DNA from: Candidatus Uhrbacteria bacterium RIFCSPHIGHO2_02_FULL_46_47
Lineage (GTDB): Bacteria; Patescibacteriota; Patescibacteriia; GWA2-47-26
Direction of reading: 5' to 3'
DNA: 64,000 nucleotides
Assembly (NCBI GenBank): GCA_001790815.1
Contig: MGDU01000001.1
Location: 2,982-66,981 of the forward strand
A program made the translations under genes and the position numbers. The notes under the pieces are model-generated. The model had not been told where the DNA came from. It ran no database searches and saw only the letters and a list, made by a program, of their open reading frames with translations. Each line of letters starts with the position of its first letter. Position 1 is the stretch's first letter. This document shows, piece by piece, positions 20,547 through 27,916 of the stretch.

Positions 20547-21974
20547 TTATGCCGCTTTTACCATGCCGGCAATTCTTTCTTTCCTTTCAGGTGTAGCTGA
20601 GCGTATCGTGGCTTCCAGACCACGGCGCAAGGCACGAATTTCCGCACCTTCAGGATTACTGATATTTTCGCTTCCAAGCTGAATTGCGCCTTGAAGAGCT
20701 CTAATCTCTTTTTCGTTTTCAACCCAATCCTTCATCCATTCTCGTAAACTCGCACGTTCTGCCCGCTTGCCAAAACCGCGCAACTCCTTACTAAGCTGTT
20801 TGATCAACTTATCTCTGGCGGACTGATCACTCGCCACTTCTTCCATGTCAAAATTCTTAATTTTAAACTTTGCTTCAAATAATGTTTCCACATCCTGGAT
20901 CAATTGATTTCTTTTTGTTTCCGCTTTTTTAAGATCTGCTTCATTATTTTTCAACCGCTCTTCCGGCGTCTTTTTTCTGGCTTCTGCTTCTGCTTTGGCC
21001 TGTGGTGTTGCAAATAATTCTCCTTTCGCAATCGCGTCTTGGCGGCGCGCTTGACGAGCTTCGAACTTAGCAGCGGCTTGTTCTTTTTCCTCATCTGACG
21101 CGTCAGATGGCACATCGTAATCAGGCATAAGCCAAGCATTCATTTCCGAATCATCTTCTATGCGCGGTATCTCTTTTAATCTTTCTCGTCCTTCTGCTGC
21201 GTCAATTGCCGCATCCATTAAATCTTGAGAATGGCCCTCAAGCCATTTCTTAATAACATCTTTTTGACCGGGAATCTCTAACTCAGTCCCTTCCAAAATT
21301 TCTTCTGTTTGCTTCTCAAATTGTGCCTTGGCTTCGGCTTCAGTTTTCGCCTTCTCGCGTTCCAGACGACGCTCCGCCACTGTTTGGCGTAAAACATTAA
21401 GCATCTCTTCCGCTCGCTCGCGCTGCTTTTGCGTAAAATTTTCGGCTTGCATCTCTTGTACGCGCGCGCTGATCAAAGCATCAAAATCTTTGTCGCTTCC
21501 AATTGCAACCATTGCCCCTTCTACTTGTCCTTGCTCTTCGCTTATCTCAGTTGCAAACTCAGTCAGATCCTCTATTTCATCAGCTTGCTCTGTTAATTTT
21601 TTTGCGGTTTCCGGCGCTACGACTTTTGCCTCAGCCAAAGAATTAAATAATCCTTTAAGCGAATCCATACTCCGTCTCATGCGGTTAAAAATACTTGCTT
21701 TTTCATTTTTTAATTCTTGCCGGTTTGCTTCTAATTGTTGAGCAGCAGCTGATTCTTTTTCCATGCGTTCTCCATTTTTGAAAAATTCACGCTCTGCTTC
21801 TGTCTCCACAACTTCTCCTTTTCCTTTGCCTCCTTCAATAATGGTTAGTTTGGGTTTTTTAGATTCTGCACCTATCTCTCCAGAGACGGTTTTTCCGCCT
21901 GCAGTATCAGGAGTAACCGCATAGGGTTTTTCCGATTCCGGAACAGGTTTCCGTGCTTCAGCATTGCGTGCCAT
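20547..21974 (-). CDS. hypothetical highly charged coiled-coil protein (475 aa)
   Basis: Long E/K/A/R-rich ORF with no recognisable catalytic motifs. Confidence 0.45.
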   Translation of the reverse strand: MARNAEARKPVPESEKPYAVTPDTAGGKTVSGEIGAESKKPKLTIIEGGKGKGEVVETEAEREFFKNGERMEKESAAAQQLEANRQELKNEKASIFNRMRRSMDSLKGLFNSLAEAKVVAPETAKKLTEQADEIEDLTEFATEISEEQGQVEGAMVAIGSDKDFDALISARVQEMQAENFTQKQRERAEEMLNVLRQTVAERRLEREKAKTEAEAKAQFEKQTEEILEGTELEIPGQKDVIKKWLEGHSQDLMDAAIDAAEGRERLKEIPRIEDDSEMNAWLMPDYDVPSDASDEEKEQAAAKFEARQARRQDAIAKGELFATPQAKAEAEARKKTPEERLKNNEADLKKAETKRNQLIQDVETLFEAKFKIKNFDMEEVASDQSARDKLIKQLSKELRGFGKRAERASLREWMKDWVENEKEIRALQGAIQLGSENISNPEGAEIRALRRGLEATIRSATPERKERIAGMVKAA

Positions 21975-22060
21975 ATAAAAATATCAAAAGTTAGTTATTT
22001 ATAGTATCACACAACATTGAGTTTGTCAAATAAACCTGAGGGAAGTACACTATATAAACT

Positions 22061-23575
22061 ATGTCGCTTACTCGCGCGGTGGCCAGAAATACTTTTGTTC
22101 AACTTATTGGCCGCGTTATATCCATTGCGCTCGCGCTGATTGTAGTGGCAATAATGACCCGCGCCTTAGGGCCGGATGGCTTTGGCGGCTACTCCATTAT
22201 CATTGCTTTTTTGCAATTCTTCGGCATCACGGTTGATTTTGGACTGACCCTCACGGCTAATCGGATGTTGAGTGAAATACATAACTCCCCCCAACCCCCT
22301 CTTACCTTAAGAGGGGGAGACAATTCAAACCCTCCCCTTAAGATAAGGGGAGGTGCAGGAGGGGTTATGAACGATGCATCCCGCCTGATGTCCAACTTAA
22401 TGACCCTCCGTTTCGTGTCAGCAATCGTCTTTCTCGGTCTTGCGCCACTTGTCGCGCTCTTCTTTCCTTATCCACCTGAAGTAAAACAGGGAATTCTCCT
22501 GACAAGTTTTTCCTTTCTAGCCGTGATCATGGGGCAAACGCTCACGCCGATTTTTCAAAAAGAATTGCGCATGGGTTATGTAGTTGTGGCAGAGTTGATT
22601 GGCCGCGTGGTGCTTCTGGCCGGCGTAACATTGGCTGCCTATTTTAGTGCGGGACTGCTTTGGTTTATGGCCGCGGTTGTGGCCGGCAGTATTGCACAAT
22701 ATATTGCCACTCGTAAGGCGGCTTCCAAATTTATCAAACTGCGCTTTGCCTTTGACCGCGAAATATGGAAAAAAATTATTCGGACTTCCTGGCCTATTGG
22801 CGTGTCAATAATTTTCAATTTAATTTATCTTAAAGCTGACACTATAATCCTCTCGGTTTTGCGGCCGCAAGCTGAGGTGGGATTTTACGGCGCGGCCTAT
22901 CGGGTCATTGATCAATTTACCGCTGTAGCGACCATGTTTATCGGACTTGTTCTCCCACCACTTACTGCCGCATGGGTGGCTGGCAATCGCGAAAGATTTA
23001 CAAGAATATACCAAGGTGCCTTTGATGCCTACACAATTATCGCTTTTCCCTTGATGGTTGGCGCGCTAATGCTTGGCACAAAACTTATGGCTTTTGTTGC
23101 CGGTGCTAATTTTGCCGCTTCCGGTACAGTGCTGGGAATTTTAATGCTGGGCATGGTGGCGATATTTTTTTCCACGCTGTTTGGACATGTAATTGTAGTA
23201 TTGAACAAGCAAAAACCGATGATTTTGGGATATGCCGCAACTGCCGTGCTTGGCCTCACGGCCTACGCGCTGGTTATTCCGCATTATGGAATGTTTGGCG
23301 CGGCTTGGACAACAGTGGGAACAGAGTTTTTGATTATGCTCATCACCTTTATGGTGGTCTCCCGCGTGACTAAATTAAAACCTAATAACTTTGTGCTCTG
23401 GCGAAGTATTTTGGCTTCCGCCATCATGGGCTATACCCTTTACATTTTCTCCACCTATCATTTCCTTGTACTTTTATTTGGCGGCACATTAATCTATGGC
23501 ATAGCGCTGTTTGCGTTGGGCGGTATTAAAAAAGAAATGATTCGAGAAATCCTTTCAATACGTTCCCTCCCTTAA
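22061..23575 (+). CDS. MOP/Wzx-type polysaccharide biosynthesis flippase, carrying an in-frame repeat insertion
   Basis: ~12-14 predicted TM helices; N-terminus RNTFVQLIGRVISIALALIVVAIMTRALGPDGFGGYS typical of the family; insertion at 22283-22365. Confidence 0.6.
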   Translation: MSLTRAVARNTFVQLIGRVISIALALIVVAIMTRALGPDGFGGYSIIIAFLQFFGITVDFGLTLTANRMLSEIHNSPQPPLTLRGGDNSNPPLKIRGGAGGVMNDASRLMSNLMTLRFVSAIVFLGLAPLVALFFPYPPEVKQGILLTSFSFLAVIMGQTLTPIFQKELRMGYVVVAELIGRVVLLAGVTLAAYFSAGLLWFMAAVVAGSIAQYIATRKAASKFIKLRFAFDREIWKKIIRTSWPIGVSIIFNLIYLKADTIILSVLRPQAEVGFYGAAYRVIDQFTAVATMFIGLVLPPLTAAWVAGNRERFTRIYQGAFDAYTIIAFPLMVGALMLGTKLMAFVAGANFAASGTVLGILMLGMVAIFFSTLFGHVIVVLNKQKPMILGYAATAVLGLTAYALVIPHYGMFGAAWTTVGTEFLIMLITFMVVSRVTKLKPNNFVLWRSILASAIMGYTLYIFSTYHFLVLLFGGTLIYGIALFALGGIKKEMIREILSIRSLP

Positions 23576-23598
23576 GATAAGGGAGGGCAGGGTGGGTT

Positions 23599-25086
23599 AT
23601 GAATTACTACTACATACTACTTACTACGTTCTACATACTATTTACAGTTCTTGCGTGGAAACGCCTAAACTGGGCTGTACTTTTTGTAATTGCCGCACTT
23701 CCGTCTTATCTAATTCGCTTCCGCGTTGGCCCGATTCCGATGACTGTACTGGAGGGAATGATTCTCATAATTTTTGCTGTCTGGTTCGTCAAACGAAATT
23801 CGCGAATTCATAACCCCTCCTCACCTCCCCTTAACTTAAGGGGAGGCAGGGTAGGGTTATCATTTTACATTCCGCTGTTACTTTTTCTCCTTGCCTCCAC
23901 TCTTTCTATGTTTGTTTCTCCGGACTTGCGTGCCGCTTCCGGGATTTGGAAAGCATATTTTGTAGAACCAATATTATTTTTCTTTGTGCTCCGCGATCTT
24001 ATTCGAAACCACGTTACACGTTACACGTTACACGTTACGCAAATCATAGCCGCCCTTTCCCTTACTGCTCTAGCACTCTCCCTCTACGCCATTTACCAAC
24101 GCTTCACGGGCTTTGGAATTCCACCACCCTGGGATACAGAGTTGCGCGTGACCAGCATTTTCCCCTACCCCAACGCGCTTGCGCTTTTCCTTGCTCCGCT
24201 TGTGCCATTGTTTATTGCACAACTTCTCACTAAATTTCGTCATTCTGAGCGTAGCGAAGAATCTCGCGCGAATGCGCGGCAGTTATTTGTTATTGGTTAT
24301 TGGTTGTTAGTCACAATTGCGACAATTGTTGCGATTGTCTTTGCAAAATCCACCGGCGCGATGGTGGGGATTGCGGCCGGACTTTTATTAATATATGCAC
24401 TTTGGTTCGTGCGGTCAAAAACCTACGATCGTAGTAAATTGACCGCAACGAAATTCTACATACTACATACTACATACTACATACTTGCGATCGCCGGACT
24501 GACTATACTTTTACTGCGGGTTATGCCAAGTATAAAGGACGAGCTATTATTGCGCGACTGGTCCGGCCATGTGCGGCGCACGCAGTGGACGGAAACTTGG
24601 CAAATGCTTAAAGACACCTCCACGCCACTCGGTGCAGGTCGCCCAATCCTTGGCGCTGGCCTAGCGGGCTATAAAGAAACGCTTGCGCCATACCACAAAG
24701 CAACCTACCTTGAGATTTTTGAATATCCACACAATATCGTGCTCAATTTCTGGTCAGAAACCGGACTACTGGGCCTCTTCGCCTTTGTGTGGCTTATCAT
24801 AATTTTCTTTCGCACAACATTCCCCTCCCTTAGGTCCGACGCTTCAGTCGGACTCCGACCCAGCAGGGCGTCGGAGATAAGGGAGGGTAGGGTGGGTTAT
24901 GAACCGTATACCATCGCGGTCATGACCAGTATGGTCGTCGTATTGATCCACGGCCTCGTTGACGTTCCATACTTCAAAAACGATCTTGCTATTTTGTTCT
25001 GGATCGTGTATGCTTTGGGAATGGAACTTTCAAAATCAACGCTTTCGCAACCCCTCTTGACAACAGATAAGGACGTGATATACTAG
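23599..25086 (+). CDS. O-antigen ligase (Wzy_C/WaaL-like) family membrane protein with in-frame repeat insertions
   Basis: Polytopic protein; YPHNIVLNFWSETGLLGL matches the H..N..L...E.G..G ligase motif; start ATG lies inside a repeat element. Confidence 0.55.
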   Translation: MNYYYILLTTFYILFTVLAWKRLNWAVLFVIAALPSYLIRFRVGPIPMTVLEGMILIIFAVWFVKRNSRIHNPSSPPLNLRGGRVGLSFYIPLLLFLLASTLSMFVSPDLRAASGIWKAYFVEPILFFFVLRDLIRNHVTRYTLHVTQIIAALSLTALALSLYAIYQRFTGFGIPPPWDTELRVTSIFPYPNALALFLAPLVPLFIAQLLTKFRHSERSEESRANARQLFVIGYWLLVTIATIVAIVFAKSTGAMVGIAAGLLLIYALWFVRSKTYDRSKLTATKFYILHTTYYILAIAGLTILLLRVMPSIKDELLLRDWSGHVRRTQWTETWQMLKDTSTPLGAGRPILGAGLAGYKETLAPYHKATYLEIFEYPHNIVLNFWSETGLLGLFAFVWLIIIFFRTTFPSLRSDASVGLRPSRASEIREGRVGYEPYTIAVMTSMVVVLIHGLVDVPYFKNDLAILFWIVYALGMELSKSTLSQPLLTTDKDVIY

Positions 25087-25088
25087 GA

Positions 25089-25706
25089 TTGTTAATCCCA
25101 CTGCCTTCTCTCGCTTCGGCGGGGGACGGCAGTTTTGATTATAGTATGACAAAAGCATTCGTATTTATTGATGGAAGCAATTTTTACTTCCGATTAAGAG
25201 ATTTATCGGAACAAGTCAACGGAAAGTACAGCTTGCTTAATTTCAATTTTCGCGGGCTTGCGGAATGGATTGTACAACCTGATACCCTAATGGAAGCACA
25301 CTACTATGTTGGCGCAATACGTCGTCAACGTAATAACGAGAAAGCTGAAAAAATGTATGCGAATCAACAAAAACTAATTGCAAAATTACAACAACAAAAA
25401 ATATTCATAACACTGGGACAACTTATTCAACATCCGGATAAAACATTCCATGAAAAAGGCGTTGATGTACGGCTTGCCGTAGAGATGATCCGTTTTGCTC
25501 GCGAAAATAAATATGACATTGCGTATTTACTCAGCTCGGACACGGACTTAGTGGCGGCGGTTGAAGAAGTAAAATCATTTGGTAAAAAGGTTCAGTATGT
25601 CGGGATTGCAAAAGGACAATCCTTTGGCTTGACGAAAGTTGCCAATGATGTGCGATTGCTCCGTCCAGAAGATATTAAACCGTTCTTATCGAAATCGCTT
25701 ATATAA
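25089..25706 (+). CDS. NYN-domain (LabA-like) protein
   Basis: VFIDGSNFYF and LSSDTDLVAAVEEV motifs. Confidence 0.55.
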   Translation: MLIPLPSLASAGDGSFDYSMTKAFVFIDGSNFYFRLRDLSEQVNGKYSLLNFNFRGLAEWIVQPDTLMEAHYYVGAIRRQRNNEKAEKMYANQQKLIAKLQQQKIFITLGQLIQHPDKTFHEKGVDVRLAVEMIRFARENKYDIAYLLSSDTDLVAAVEEVKSFGKKVQYVGIAKGQSFGLTKVANDVRLLRPEDIKPFLSKSLI

Positions 25707-25710
25707 TAAT

Positions 25711-25950
25711 GGAGGGGTGCTCCGAATGGCTAACCCCGCACCAGAGCAGAGCTCGATGCGGGGCATGGGAACCGGCGGTGTCCCGTATGGAGAGCGGAGG
25801 GTTGTGCCGAACGGCTAAGGCACTGGTCTCGAAAACCAGCGGGCGCAAGCCCTTGCAGGTTCGAATCCTGCACCCTCCGCTCTCTCGTGCGGGATTTCGA
25901 AAACCGGCGCTCGCAAGGGCATGTGGGTTCGACTCCCACCCCCTCCGCCA
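25711..25950 (+). ncRNA. outer tRNA-like structure whose halves flank tRNA-Ser (split/intron-containing or rearranged second tRNA-Ser copy?)
   Basis: 5' GGAGGGGUGCUCCGAAUGGCUAA is homologous to the tRNA-Ser 5' end; 3' ..UUCGAAAACCGG-CGCUCGCAAGGGCAU-GUGGGUUCGACUCCCAC-CCCCUCC-G-CCA is homologous to the tRNA-Ser 3' half and pairs with the 5' GGAGGGG as an acceptor stem; encoded CCA. Confidence 0.3.
25796..25879 (+). tRNA. tRNA-Ser (anticodon CGA), class II with long variable arm
   Basis: GGAGGGU/ACCCUCC acceptor, U8, anticodon loop CUCGAAA, variable arm CGGGCGCAAGCCCUU, T arm GCAGGUUCGAAUCCUGC. Confidence 0.75.
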
Positions 25951-26065
25951 GAAAGGATTTTGCAAGGATTCGCCACGCTCCGCGTGGCGTGAATGAAAGC
26001 GCGCGGTTCTGAATCAGGAAGTGTGATAATTTGCTAAAAATGATCCGCCTCACTAATAAGCGAAT

Positions 26066-26515
26066 ATGATCAATCCACACTATATTAGTGGTTTAATCGA
26101 TGGTGAGGGAACCTTCACCTATACAAAAAATGGAGGAAGGGTTTATCCCTATTTTGCCATCAAGCTTAATGTAAAAGATCTGCCTTTACTTGAAAAAATT
26201 AAAGAATTTTTTGGTTGTGGAGAGATATACCATAGTCCTGCGCGAACATATACTATGAACGGTTTCACATATACTTCCGGAGAATTAGTAAACTTAAAGG
26301 TTTTTCGTATGGATGAGTTGATGAAGCTGGTGTGGCATTTTTTGGATTACCCTTTGGAAGGTAAAAAAGCAGAAGCCTTCAAAATTTGGAAAGAAATGGT
26401 TATGATTAAAACTGTGAATCGAAAAGAAGACTGGCCAAAACTACATGATCTTGCAGAAAAGCTTACTTTGGCCAATGGAGGAAAAAAGAAAAGACCTCGC
26501 AAGGGCAAGACTTGA
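26066..26515 (+). CDS. free-standing LAGLIDADG homing endonuclease (single motif, 149 aa)
   Basis: YISGLIDGEGTF motif; basic C-terminal tail. Confidence 0.7.
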   Translation: MINPHYISGLIDGEGTFTYTKNGGRVYPYFAIKLNVKDLPLLEKIKEFFGCGEIYHSPARTYTMNGFTYTSGELVNLKVFRMDELMKLVWHFLDYPLEGKKAEAFKIWKEMVMIKTVNRKEDWPKLHDLAEKLTLANGGKKKRPRKGKT

Positions 26516-26792
26516 CAGATTTTTGGCCCTCCATTATACTATTGCCAGCTTTCGTCACTGCACGGAAGAAAAGGAGGAAACCGGCAACATGTCGGAATAA
26601 AGCTCATGTGGAGTAAGCCATGTACCTGGCACTGCATGAGCGCCTGAACCTATAACAGAAGAGGTACATTCTTCTGGGCTCCACAGGATGGAGCATAACC
26701 CACGAAAGTGGGAAAAGCGCCCGAACTTTCCGGGCAAATCGGAAGCGAGGCCTAGGTAGACCCTAGAAAACTCGCTACCACAAGACACTGCT

Positions 26793-27746
26793 ATGGCTCA
26801 AAGCAGAAGGTCTTGGTCCAGGGGAAGAGCCAGAACAACAGGAGAAAAGACCTTGAACACGGTCAAGCGGACAGAGTTTCACCCCGACAAGTTCGCCGTG
26901 CTTGCGGCGATCGACCCGAACCTGCGGATCGAGCAGATTCGCGGGGTCTGCGTGGCGCCCGACGGCCAGAACATCGCCCTCTTCACGACGGAGGCGGGCC
27001 AGCGGATCGGCGAGAAGCGCGCGCTCGGCGTGTACGAGTACGGCAAGGACCACGCCGTCGACACGTTCACCGAGGTGGAGGGCGTGCAGTTGCTCTCCGG
27101 CACTCCGGGCATCCAGAACAACCCCGCGCGCGCGAGCATCGTCAAGGGCCTGAAGGGGCTGTTCGTGCGCGAGGACAAGAACGTGCTCGTGTGCAGCAAG
27201 CCCACGGGCGTGATCGGCTACTACCTCTACTCGAGCCCGACGGCGGAGCCGATCGACCTCACGACGCAGGACCTGGACTTCACCGAGGTGGTGTTCCTGC
27301 CCAAGCCCCGTGGCTACGTGGCTCGCGAGGCAAGGAGCAACTGCCTGTGGTTCCTGCCATTCGCAACCGCCAAGACGGGCACGGCCGGGCGGGTCGCCTG
27401 GAACATGAGCAACGCGCTACCCGGCGTCTCGGCGATCATGTCGCTACCGCCGCGGATCCAGAACAACCGCGCGGTGCTCTGCTCGACGCTCGAAGGCGAT
27501 CGGCAGTGCAGCGACACGCTCAACCTGTCGAGCATCGGAAGCAGTCAGATCACGAGCGTCGCGCGCGAGGGCGATGTCAACAGCATCGTCTTCCGCTGCT
27601 TCGCGAGCCACGAGGTCGCGATCATCGAGGTGGGCGTCGGGGCCAAGACGCTGGAACCCGGGACCTGGCAGGTTCCGACGGCTGATCTGCCGGAGCTCTT
27701 CGGCAAGGCAGGCGCCGCGCTCGTCTCGGCTTCGGCTCCGCTCTAG
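26793..27746 (+). CDS. hypothetical protein in a 68%-GC island
   Basis: Only frame with balanced composition; other overlapping ORFs are Arg/Ala-rich GC artefacts. Confidence 0.4.
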   Translation: MAQSRRSWSRGRARTTGEKTLNTVKRTEFHPDKFAVLAAIDPNLRIEQIRGVCVAPDGQNIALFTTEAGQRIGEKRALGVYEYGKDHAVDTFTEVEGVQLLSGTPGIQNNPARASIVKGLKGLFVREDKNVLVCSKPTGVIGYYLYSSPTAEPIDLTTQDLDFTEVVFLPKPRGYVAREARSNCLWFLPFATAKTGTAGRVAWNMSNALPGVSAIMSLPPRIQNNRAVLCSTLEGDRQCSDTLNLSSIGSSQITSVAREGDVNSIVFRCFASHEVAIIEVGVGAKTLEPGTWQVPTADLPELFGKAGAALVSASAPL

Positions 27747-27916
27747 TCGCCAGCGACGGCGACAAGCCCTGCCCGTGAGTTGGTAGGGAGCACCTTCCAA
27801 GTACATCAGTACGAGTGAATTCCAGGCCAAGCTGGTCTTGGTCTGAGAGTTTCCGCCGGCACCGACGCGCAAGCGCACGGGCCGGTCTTTTAATTTTGTG
27901 ATAAGATAAGCATACT

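Noticed and set aside
25711-25950. tmRNA interpretation of the tRNA-like ends
   Set aside because: Acceptor has an A3-U70 pair rather than G3-U70, no tag-peptide reading frame, only 240 nt, and the interior is a bona fide tRNA-Ser
26520-26790. Possible RNase P RNA / SRP RNA on the minus strand
   Set aside because: Only weak resemblance to P4 (GGAAAGUUCGGGCGC) and GUGCCAGGUA; no convincing P4 pseudoknot partner or SRP domain IV motif; left as unassigned structured leader of the GC island
26813-27685. 290-aa Arg/Gly-rich ORF and several other overlapping ORFs in the GC island
   Set aside because: Out-of-frame artefacts of 68% GC; only 26793..27746 has a protein-like composition
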